From Bacilli bacterium (GTDB lineage: Bacteria; Bacillota_I; Bacilli_A; RFN20; CAG-826), in assembly GCA_045597865.1 (NCBI GenBank), contig JAZLKX010000025.1, positions 64,001 to 128,000 on the forward strand: a DNA stretch of 64,000 bases, in the 5' to 3' direction. A program made the position numbers and the translations under genes. Below the pieces are notes generated by a model. The model was not told where the DNA came from, did no database searches, and was given only the letters and a program-made list of their open reading frames with translations. This document shows, piece after piece, positions 20,298 to 28,976 of this stretch. Every line of letters starts with the position of its first letter. Position 1 is the first letter of the stretch.

Positions 20298-23200
20298 ATG
20301 CCAAACAAGAAATTCTTTTTGCCTATTGTTGCATTATTTTCTGTCGCTGCATTAGCATCATGCGGTCCTAATGAGCCAGAACACGATCCAGAAATTCAAA
20401 AGATCTACAATGCTTATAGGGCAAACGCCGAGGATAAAGGCGAGGCGGTTTTATCCTATGAAGAATGGCTCGCATCCATCAAAGGTGAACAGGGCGAACC
20501 AGGTGCTCAAGGTCCACAAGGTCCTAAAGGCGATAAGGGCGATCAAGGTGATCAAGGCCCAGCCGGTCAAGATGGTCAAGACGGAAAAGACGGCGAAGAT
20601 GGTCAAGACGGCGAAGATGGTCAAGACGGACAAAATGGTAAAGATGGTCAAGACGGAAAAGACGGCGAAGATGGTCAAGACGGCCAAGATGGTCAAGACG
20701 GCCAAGATGGTGAAGACGGAGAAGATGGAAAATCTGCTTTCGAAATTTATTGTGCAGCTCACCCAGAATACAATGGTGATGAAGCTCAATGGATGGACGA
20801 TTTAGTAAATGGTAGATTAGGAAATCATGAAAAAGTTTCTGTCATGTACCTTACTGGTTTCTATGATCCAGATTTCAATCCAGATATTACAGATGATGTA
20901 GATCCATCATGTGTTAAAGTTGAAGGCGCAGTCGATCTTGAAGATGAAAAAGGTTTCAAACTTGAATTAGAAGCAGGCAAACTTGCAGGTAGACCAGGTG
21001 ACCCATCAATTGTCGGTTATGACTTTGAAGGATGGTATTCATTAGGTTTCAAAGCAGATGGATCCGCATTCTATGAACCATTCAATTTCTCACAAACACC
21101 AGTTTCTGGTGACATGATCTTAATTGCTAAATATTCAGCAAAATCATTCGATATTGAAATCATTTGTGGTGATGATGAGTCTTATCATGTTTCATTAAAA
21201 CACAACGAAATTCCAGCCTCAAAACTTCCAGATGAAGTTAAAGCTCCACACGGAACAAAAGTTTTCGCAGGTTTATTCGCTGATGATAAATTCAAATATC
21301 CAATTGATTTAAATGAGCCATATAAGATGGCTTGTGACTATACTGTCTTTGCAAAATATGATGATTATGCAGAAGATGGTGCATATAAGGCAGCAGATGC
21401 TTATGATGGAGATTACAATTATTTCCTCTTCAAGTTTATTAAGGATGGCAATAACGTCTCTCTCTTTAACTTAGCATCTCAATCTGCATATGGAGATTTC
21501 GAATTTGATCATTTCGATGATCTTGGAAATCTTGTCTTCTTCAAAGAAGCTTCAACTGATGCATTAATTGTTACACCTAATGCAGGAACATTTAGTTTCG
21601 TTCTTACTGAAGCTAAAAATGGCGCAGATTACTATGTAAAAGTTTTTGGTGAAAACTTATGGGCTCCAGGAGATTTCTATGGTTCGAAGTTTGATAGAGC
21701 AGCTGCAATGATTTCATCTTCTAAATATATTGCAAACGAAAAATTTGAAGCTGATGCAGAATCATACATGATGTTCCCAGGAGATAGCGTTGGAAGTAAA
21801 CTTTATGATCATATTTCATTCAGTGAAAATGCCTCAATGAAATCATTTACTATTGAAGTAGCTGCTGGTTCAGAAGCTTTCTTCAGTGGTGAAGGTTCAT
21901 ACATGAAACTTACAAATGAAATTGGAGAAGCTCATGTTATTTTACATGACTTTGATGGAAATTCACTTCCATTAACAATTAACAACGTTGAAAAAACTTA
22001 TATTTCAGCAATTGATATTACAGGTGAAGGAATCCAAGATGGTGAAGTTACTCTTGAATTAGGACAAACTTTACAATTAGCAGCTTCTTATTCAATGGAA
22101 GGTGTTAACCAAGATCCAATTATTAAATGGTCTACAAGTTCTTCATCAAAAGTAAGCGTCAATGCAAGTACAGGTTTAATTACTGCTAAGGCAGTTGGTT
22201 CAGCAACAATTACAGTTAAAGACGATGCTAAACCAGCACCAAAAGTTTCAAAAACTCTTACAGTCAATGTTGTACTTCCAGCAATTCCAGAAAAGATGAT
22301 TGGTGCATGGCAAGCATTAGGCTATGATGAATGGTCCGGATGCGATATGCCAATTGATATTAGCGTTTCAGAAAGTGCTGCTGATGTTACATTAAATGCA
22401 GGTGATGGCAAATATAATTATTCTGCTGCTCTTAAATCAGTTGCAGATGGTGTTTATTCATTCCAATCTTCAGAATATTCTGATCCAATCAAATTATCAT
22501 TAAAAGTTGATGGCGATGATGTTTATTTAGTTTCCATGTCTGGTTCATACTTTGAATATGGAGACTGGTCAATTGAAGGAAATCAACAATTAATAGAAGT
22601 TCAAACTTATGCTTTAAGCATTGATTCTGAATTGAGCAATGGTTCTATCCAATTACTTAGCCCGTCAGCTGAAGGACAAGTTCCAGCAGGCAAGGAAGTT
22701 GCATTTGTTGCAAATCCAAGCGAAGGTTACAGAGTCTCATCTATTTCTGTAAATGGTGGCGCTGTTGAAGTAAAAGATAAATGGGATTCTTCTCGCTATG
22801 AATACGTTAAAGTATTTAATATGCCAGCAGGTGATGCCGTTATTTCAGCTTCATTTGAATTAATTGTAAGCCACAATGTTTCAAAAGTTTCTGGCTTAGA
22901 AGGCGGAAAAGTTGTTATTACTGGTGATGCATCAGGCGGTTCAGCAGAAGTTGGTTCAACTGTCTCATTCAGTGCAACTGCTGATGAAGGATACGCATTA
23001 AAATCAGTATTTATTGTTGATCATCCAGAAGTCGAAATTAAGTGGGTTGAAGGTTTCCCAAAAGGACATTACGAGTTTGAAATGCCAGACTTTGATGTTC
23101 AAATCAGTGCTGAATTTGAAGAATCTACCCCAGCACCAGCTGGAGATTGGCCAACAGAAAAAATTAAAGCTGTCTGTTATGGTCAAGAAGTACCTGCACC

Positions 23201-23429
23201 TTCTGTTTTTACAAGTGCAGAAGTAACAACAGAAACTAAGAGTTCTTTAGTAATTACTGTTACTGGCGCTGACTTTACAACTTATTGTCAAGAACTTAAG
23301 GATGCCGGTTTACATGTTGATTCCAGTGGTGCAAATGCTAAGTACGTTTATGATGATGCATATGACAGATGCTTTGATTTGAATAAGTTAGCAGATGGAT
23401 CATTTACATTAACATTTACTATTTGGTAA
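20298..23429 (+). CDS. Lipoprotein with collagen-like repeat, InlB B-repeat-like and Ig-like domains
   Basis: SD aaggagg then MPNKK; lipobox LASC; 28 G-X-Y triplets; GYDFEGWY; WSTSSSSKVSV; paired EGY..V repeats. Confidence 0.8.
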   Translation: MPNKKFFLPIVALFSVAALASCGPNEPEHDPEIQKIYNAYRANAEDKGEAVLSYEEWLASIKGEQGEPGAQGPQGPKGDKGDQGDQGPAGQDGQDGKDGEDGQDGEDGQDGQNGKDGQDGKDGEDGQDGQDGQDGQDGEDGEDGKSAFEIYCAAHPEYNGDEAQWMDDLVNGRLGNHEKVSVMYLTGFYDPDFNPDITDDVDPSCVKVEGAVDLEDEKGFKLELEAGKLAGRPGDPSIVGYDFEGWYSLGFKADGSAFYEPFNFSQTPVSGDMILIAKYSAKSFDIEIICGDDESYHVSLKHNEIPASKLPDEVKAPHGTKVFAGLFADDKFKYPIDLNEPYKMACDYTVFAKYDDYAEDGAYKAADAYDGDYNYFLFKFIKDGNNVSLFNLASQSAYGDFEFDHFDDLGNLVFFKEASTDALIVTPNAGTFSFVLTEAKNGADYYVKVFGENLWAPGDFYGSKFDRAAAMISSSKYIANEKFEADAESYMMFPGDSVGSKLYDHISFSENASMKSFTIEVAAGSEAFFSGEGSYMKLTNEIGEAHVILHDFDGNSLPLTINNVEKTYISAIDITGEGIQDGEVTLELGQTLQLAASYSMEGVNQDPIIKWSTSSSSKVSVNASTGLITAKAVGSATITVKDDAKPAPKVSKTLTVNVVLPAIPEKMIGAWQALGYDEWSGCDMPIDISVSESAADVTLNAGDGKYNYSAALKSVADGVYSFQSSEYSDPIKLSLKVDGDDVYLVSMSGSYFEYGDWSIEGNQQLIEVQTYALSIDSELSNGSIQLLSPSAEGQVPAGKEVAFVANPSEGYRVSSISVNGGAVEVKDKWDSSRYEYVKVFNMPAGDAVISASFELIVSHNVSKVSGLEGGKVVITGDASGGSAEVGSTVSFSATADEGYALKSVFIVDHPEVEIKWVEGFPKGHYEFEMPDFDVQISAEFEESTPAPAGDWPTEKIKAVCYGQEVPAPSVFTSAEVTTETKSSLVITVTGADFTTYCQELKDAGLHVDSSGANAKYVYDDAYDRCFDLNKLADGSFTLTFTIW
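20484..20735 (+). repeat. Collagen-like (G-X-Y)28 coding tandem repeat (9-bp period)
   Basis: GEQGEP...GQDGKDGED...GKS; near-identical gatggtcaagacgg units. Confidence 0.9.
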
Positions 23430-23449
23430 TCCTAAATTAACAAAATACT

Positions 23450-23480
23450 AAACCAATCACTTCGGTGGTTGGTTTTTTTT
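23450..23480 (+). terminator. Intrinsic terminator
   Basis: aaccaatcac ttcg gtggttggtt plus T run. Confidence 0.85.
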
Positions 23481-23548
23481 ATTTAACAAGGTTAAAACAA
23501 TAGTGTAATATATATGTAATTTATTTCCGTCAAAGAAGGAAACAAATT

Positions 23549-26257
23549 ATGAAGAAAATTAAGTTGCTCAGTTTATTATTAGCTCTTCCTTTACTTGGAG
23601 GATGTGGTGAACATCAACACACATTTGCGAGTAATTGGTCTTTTAACGAGTCCATTCATTATCACGCAGCAACTTGTGAACACACCGATTTAAAAAGCGA
23701 CGAAGGTGAACACACTTTTGTTAATGATATTTGTTCAATTTGTGGTTATGAGCAAGAACATACACATACTTTCTCAGATGAATGGACTTATGATGAAATA
23801 AAACATTGGCACGCTGCTACGTGTGGTCACGATGTAGTTAGTGATGAAGCAGTACATAATTTTGCTGATGGAATTTGTACAGTTTGTGGTGCTGAAGATC
23901 CAACTTATCAAGTTTGGACCGATGCTCAAAAACAAATTTTTGTCGAACATCTTTATGGATTTGAACTTCCATGTAGAAAAGGCTTGTCTGTAGAATGGGA
24001 TGCTGAAAATAGTTGTGTTGTAGTCTATGGCGCAACAGTTACTTCCGAATCTTTTAATGCTTACGTTGATTCAATCGTTGCTCAAGGCTTTAGTAAACAA
24101 CAAGGTCCATATGAGGATTCTTACATTCTTCTAAAAGAATTGTCATTTGATAATAAGTTAAGAACCATTGATATTGATATCTTTGTTAATTCTGGAATTT
24201 TGTATGCTATTTGTTATGACCCATTCATTTATGAATGGCCAAGCGAACTTATTGATGAATTATTTGATGAATATTTCTATGTAGCTCCTACAATTGAAAT
24301 TCCTGAAATTCCAGCAGAACGCTACTATGTAGATACAAGTTATGTTGATTCAAAAGCAATCCTTGCAATTTATTGCGAATCTGAAACAAATCTTGAAGAA
24401 ACATGCAAAGCAGCATTGATAGAAAAAGGTTTCAAGGTTAGTTCAGTAAGAGATGAAGATGGTTTCTATAAAGCTTATGAAGACAAACAATTAGTTGAAG
24501 TTTTGTATTCATACTCTAGTGTAGATAAAGCACTGTGCTTTGTTATTAAACCAGCTGATGGATGGCCAGCATTTGTTGTTGATTATTATACTGATCAATT
24601 AACTGGAAATAGTGGTACTAGAGTTCCAGCCGTTACTGGTGCAAAATCATATGAATTTATTGATGTTTATGATAGATATGGTTATTTCTTTGTGCTTTGT
24701 TTATGCAATAGTAACTTAGAAAAATTATATGAAGAAGCTCTTGCTCCTCATTACACAATCTATAATGAAAAGACAAATACTGCAGGCAACTATTATGCAG
24801 TTTCTGATAAAAAAGACTTACTTGTACAATATAAATATATTGTAACTGAGTCAATTATGGGCGGACCAGACTATATCCATTTCGATGTTTTGTTTGAGAA
24901 ATTTTTCCCACATAATGAAGAACACATTGCAGCAGGATTGCAACTAATTCAACCTGGCACAAAAACAACTTTACCAGCCTATCCAGGAAATGGTGAAAAG
25001 ATTGATTTTTCTGATACAGATAAGTATATGACTGTAACCATTCAGGCTACAACATTTGATTCAGTTGCAACATATGTTGAAACACTTAAAACTGAAGGAT
25101 GGAGTGTTAAGACAGTCAATCCATTAATGTTTAATTACCAAGCTATTTCTGCTAACAGAGACATCTTCATGGAAATTTCTATGGTTGATGGAAGAGTTAC
25201 GCTTACACTTAATGGTTATTCAGATCCTTATAAAGAATGGCCAACAGCAGGTGTAAAAGAAATACTTGATACACTTGGATTAAAAGGCGAAATTCCTGTC
25301 TTTGAAAATGCTTTTGGTTTTGACTACGAAAACACAACAGATTATCACGATATTATTTGTTTAGTTCCATTTGAAAAAGAACAAGAATTAATTGATGCAT
25401 ACAACGAAAAACTTGAAGGTTTAGGTTGGAGAAAAATTACTGATGGAGAAGATTATTACTATGTAATAGAAGGCTCCACAATTGGTTTAACAACTTATAC
25501 TGAATACACTGGTGAAGGTAAAGTTTTCATTGATGTTCGATATGCTGATGGAAATATTTACGACGTTGATGCAAGACAAGCATTTATTGACTGGAAAGTA
25601 GCAAATGAAATTGATACAGAAGTGGTTATTCCAGGACTTAATTTCAGTGCTAAAGTAGTGAATTTTGATATCGTGGGTGATGAAGGTAAAACTTATCCAA
25701 ATTATGAGTTATTTGAAGTGCTTTTAGACATGGGTGACAGTGATCTAGAAACACTTATAGAAGAGGTTAACGAACAATTCGAAAAAGATGGTTGGGTATT
25801 CTCTTCTGGCGATGGTTATTATCATAAAGATAATTGTTTCATGACTTCTTATGATTATTTAGGTTATTTAACAATTGATATTTGCGCACCAATTCCTGAT
25901 AGAAGTTTACTTGGTGTTATAAAGTCATTTGTAAGTAAATTAGGTGTTCCATATGACAGCACAGTTTTGCCAGAAACACTTGAACTAACAAACGAATATA
26001 AGTTATCTATTGCAGAGTTCGACACTGGTTACTATTTTGATTTATATATTTATCTTGATTTTGCAACTGCAGCAAAATGCAAAACATCTATTAATGAAAT
26101 TTCAGCGGCATTCAAAGCACTTGGCTGGACATTAGATGAGTATTCCAAAGAAAATGATGTAATTTTGGTTGATCCAAAAGGCAATCTTCAGTTAGAACTT
26201 TATCGTAACGGAAATTCTTCGAAACAGCTTCATGTTGAAATAGAAGAAGCTTGGTAA
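23549..26257 (+). CDS. Large acidic lipoprotein with two N-terminal His/Cys repeats
   Basis: Lipobox LGGC; HxHTF..W..H(Y/W)HAATC..H..C..CG twice; recurring WP motifs shared with the other lipoproteins. Confidence 0.75.
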   Translation: MKKIKLLSLLLALPLLGGCGEHQHTFASNWSFNESIHYHAATCEHTDLKSDEGEHTFVNDICSICGYEQEHTHTFSDEWTYDEIKHWHAATCGHDVVSDEAVHNFADGICTVCGAEDPTYQVWTDAQKQIFVEHLYGFELPCRKGLSVEWDAENSCVVVYGATVTSESFNAYVDSIVAQGFSKQQGPYEDSYILLKELSFDNKLRTIDIDIFVNSGILYAICYDPFIYEWPSELIDELFDEYFYVAPTIEIPEIPAERYYVDTSYVDSKAILAIYCESETNLEETCKAALIEKGFKVSSVRDEDGFYKAYEDKQLVEVLYSYSSVDKALCFVIKPADGWPAFVVDYYTDQLTGNSGTRVPAVTGAKSYEFIDVYDRYGYFFVLCLCNSNLEKLYEEALAPHYTIYNEKTNTAGNYYAVSDKKDLLVQYKYIVTESIMGGPDYIHFDVLFEKFFPHNEEHIAAGLQLIQPGTKTTLPAYPGNGEKIDFSDTDKYMTVTIQATTFDSVATYVETLKTEGWSVKTVNPLMFNYQAISANRDIFMEISMVDGRVTLTLNGYSDPYKEWPTAGVKEILDTLGLKGEIPVFENAFGFDYENTTDYHDIICLVPFEKEQELIDAYNEKLEGLGWRKITDGEDYYYVIEGSTIGLTTYTEYTGEGKVFIDVRYADGNIYDVDARQAFIDWKVANEIDTEVVIPGLNFSAKVVNFDIVGDEGKTYPNYELFEVLLDMGDSDLETLIEEVNEQFEKDGWVFSSGDGYYHKDNCFMTSYDYLGYLTIDICAPIPDRSLLGVIKSFVSKLGVPYDSTVLPETLELTNEYKLSIAEFDTGYYFDLYIYLDFATAAKCKTSINEISAAFKALGWTLDEYSKENDVILVDPKGNLQLELYRNGNSSKQLHVEIEEAW

Positions 26258-26266
26258 AAATTAATA

Positions 26267-26296
26267 AAATGGCGCTCCAAAAAGCGTCATTTTTTC
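26267..26296 (+). terminator. Intrinsic terminator
   Basis: aaaatggcgct..agcgtcatttt plus T run. Confidence 0.7.
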
Positions 26297-26381
26297 TTAT
26301 TTAGATTTGTTAAATTTAAATAAAAAATAACTCTTTCTTGCTATATTAATAATCAATATATAAAATATATTCTGTACAAAT

Positions 26382-27590
26382 ATGGAAAAGCCAATTACTG
26401 TAGTAGAAATATCAAACACTGAAGTTCGCATTGCATTAGGTTACGAAAACAACGATAAAATCAATCTTGTTTATTTAACTGAACGTCCAATTAACGGACT
26501 TATTTCGCGTGGTGAAATCGTTGATTTAACCACATTAGCTCAAATCCTCTCATCAATGAGAGAATTTAAGGATGAAGCATCAAAGAGTAAAATCGTTATC
26601 AACGATGTTACTTTAATTCTTCCATCAATTGGATTAAATGTTTTCCAATCTGATAAGACTACAAACATTGTTTCTCCATATGGAGTCGTTGCTCAAATTG
26701 ATATTGAAAACGTTGTTTCTTTAGTTCAAAAAGAAGCAGTACCTAGTGGTAGTGAAATTATTGATATCATTCCAGATTCATTCACACTTGAAATGGGAAG
26801 ATCATTCATCAATCCTCCACTTAATGAACACTCAAATAATATTAAAATCAACGCAAAAATCCACTGTTTACCATCACGTGTTGTATCCGAGTACAAACGT
26901 GCACTCGAAGCTGCACACATTAGAGTACGTAGATTATGCGTTAGCTCATACGCACTTTCAGAGCTTGGTAAACATATCGAACAAATCCCAAATAGCTATA
27001 TCTTAGTTGATATGGGTTCTGAACTTACAAACATTTCTCTTATCGGAAACAATACACCATTTGAAACAATTACATTCCCAAGTGGTGGTGCCGATTTAAT
27101 TACAAGAGTTGTAGAGAACTTCAGAATTTCTCCAGAAGATGCTCTTGAGACACTTAAGAAATATGGATATGATGAAAGACCTCTCTCATTCAAACCATGT
27201 ATTGCCAAAGGCAATATTGACGGAATTATGAAAGAATTCTCTCCAGAAGACTTAAATCTCATCATTAAGACATTCTTTATGGAAGACTACTTTGCTCAGT
27301 TTGATGTAGCATTCCAAAACTTAATGAAGGGCTATCCTGAAACAGTTAGAAATCTTCCAATTGTATTCACTGGTGGTTTCTCAAAGTTAATGGGATTTGA
27401 AAATTTAGCAAAATACAAATTCTCCAAGAATCAATCAATACATTATCTTGAACCAGAAACATTTGGTGCAAGAGATGCTAAGTTCTCCGCTATTATTGGT
27501 GCAATGTATAGTGCATCAAAATATAAAGGATCACTTAGTGATTCAAGAGTAAAACCAAACGAATTTAATCGTGATAAAGAACAAAATTAA
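26382..27590 (+). CDS. ftsA: Cell division protein FtsA (divergent)
   Basis: Actin-fold motifs ILVDMGSELT, SGGADLI, IVFTGGFSKL; directly upstream of ftsZ. Confidence 0.85.
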   Translation: MEKPITVVEISNTEVRIALGYENNDKINLVYLTERPINGLISRGEIVDLTTLAQILSSMREFKDEASKSKIVINDVTLILPSIGLNVFQSDKTTNIVSPYGVVAQIDIENVVSLVQKEAVPSGSEIIDIIPDSFTLEMGRSFINPPLNEHSNNIKINAKIHCLPSRVVSEYKRALEAAHIRVRRLCVSSYALSELGKHIEQIPNSYILVDMGSELTNISLIGNNTPFETITFPSGGADLITRVVENFRISPEDALETLKKYGYDERPLSFKPCIAKGNIDGIMKEFSPEDLNLIIKTFFMEDYFAQFDVAFQNLMKGYPETVRNLPIVFTGGFSKLMGFENLAKYKFSKNQSIHYLEPETFGARDAKFSAIIGAMYSASKYKGSLSDSRVKPNEFNRDKEQN

Positions 27591-27604
27591 AGGAGGCAAC
27601 AAAA

Positions 27605-28729
27605 ATGAACGAAAATGAATTAGACAATTATGAAGCTTATGCCCGTATTGTTGTAATTGGTGTTGGCGGTGCAGGAAATAACGCCGTTAACAGAATGATT
27701 GATGAAAATATTTCATCAGTTGAATTTTATGTTGCAAACACAGACCAACAAGCACTTTCAAGAAGCAAAGCTAAAAATAGAATTATTTTAGGACAAGATT
27801 CGACAGGTGGACTTGGCGCTGGAGGAGATCCAGAAGTCGGTCGTAGAGCTGCTGAAGAATCCGTTGATAAAATCCGTGAAATTGTTGCTGGAGCAAACCT
27901 AGTCTTCATCGCAGCAGGCATGGGTGGTGGAACAGGCACAGGCGCTGCACCAGTCATTGCAGCCGCAGCAAAAGAAGCAGGCGCACTCACAGTCGCAATT
28001 GTTACACGTCCATTCACATTTGAAGGTAAGAAACGTATTGCAAACTCAGTCGAAGGTTTAAATAGCCTTAAGGACTCAGTTGATGCAATCATTATCGTTT
28101 CTAACGATAAATTACTTATGGTTAGCGGAACCGCTCCAATTTCTGAAGCATTCGCAGAATCTGATAGAGTACTTGCACAAAGCGTTAAAACAGTCACTGA
28201 CTTAATCCTTTGTCCAGCATTCATTAACTTAGACTTTGCTGATGTTAGAAATACCTTAAAAGATTCAGGTATCTCACTTATCGGATTTGGTATGGGCAGT
28301 GGACCAAATCGCTCACAAGAAGCCGCTAACAATGCTATTAACTCACCTCTTCTTGAGGCCAGCATTAATGGCGCACGTCGTGCAATCTGTGCAGTTACAT
28401 GTGGTCGCGAAGTTTCACTTTACGAAGCACAAGAAACTGTCAATAGAATTATTGAAGCAGCAGGAAGCTCAGTTGATATCAAATTTGGTGTTTCTATCAA
28501 TGATGAATTATCAGATCAAATCTTAGTTTCTGTTATTGCTTCAGACTTTACTGAAGACTTCGACTTCACACACGTTCCAACTTATGATCATCCTGCTCCA
28601 GTTGCAGAACCAACTCCAGAAGAAAGTAATGAAGGAAATGCTGGGGAAGTTAGTCCAGAAGCTCCTCATAAAGAGGAAGAAGAGAAGAATTCCTTCCTTC
28701 CAAATTTCTTAAAAGACAAGAATCTTTAA
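27605..28729 (+). CDS. ftsZ: Cell division protein FtsZ
   Basis: GVGGAGNNAV, AGMGGGTGTG, INLDFADV, C-terminal LPNFLK peptide. Confidence 0.98.
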   Translation: MNENELDNYEAYARIVVIGVGGAGNNAVNRMIDENISSVEFYVANTDQQALSRSKAKNRIILGQDSTGGLGAGGDPEVGRRAAEESVDKIREIVAGANLVFIAAGMGGGTGTGAAPVIAAAAKEAGALTVAIVTRPFTFEGKKRIANSVEGLNSLKDSVDAIIIVSNDKLLMVSGTAPISEAFAESDRVLAQSVKTVTDLILCPAFINLDFADVRNTLKDSGISLIGFGMGSGPNRSQEAANNAINSPLLEASINGARRAICAVTCGREVSLYEAQETVNRIIEAAGSSVDIKFGVSINDELSDQILVSVIASDFTEDFDFTHVPTYDHPAPVAEPTPEESNEGNAGEVSPEAPHKEEEEKNSFLPNFLKDKNL

Positions 28730-28739
28730 GATTTTTATC

Positions 28740-28957
28740 CTAGAAGACACGTTTGTATTTAGCTCTACTTGTAGCGAGTTAGTGATGGTGAAAGACTAAC
28801 AGCATCTAAATATGAATATCACTTCTTTGTATGAATTCTGAAATTAAGTAAGAATTCCGGTTGTCCCCGTTATCGGATTAATTAAGTGCTCTTACATTGT
28901 AAGAGAATTAAGGTGGTACCACGTTAAAGCGTCCTTAAATTAGGGATGCTTTTATTT
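28740..28957 (+). promoter_or_regulatory. T-box riboswitch (Ile) leader of ileS
   Basis: GGTGAAA loop motif, gaatATCac specifier (Ile), aattaaGGTGGTACCACG T-box, terminator gcgtcctt..agggatgc-TTTT. Confidence 0.9.
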
Positions 28958-28976
28958 GTAAAAAGGAGTAAAAATT

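Noticed and set aside
20371-20805. Alternative-frame ORFs over the collagen repeat
   Set aside because: Periodic stop-free repeat sequence explains them.
8279-26257. Diversity-generating retroelement or invertase shufflon acting on the lipoproteins
   Set aside because: No reverse transcriptase, recombinase or template/variable repeat pair was seen; paralog similarity is mainly at protein level.
27727-28365. 212-aa antisense ORF inside ftsZ and similar shadow ORFs within large genes
   Set aside because: Codon-bias shadows of well-supported genes on the opposite strand or frame.
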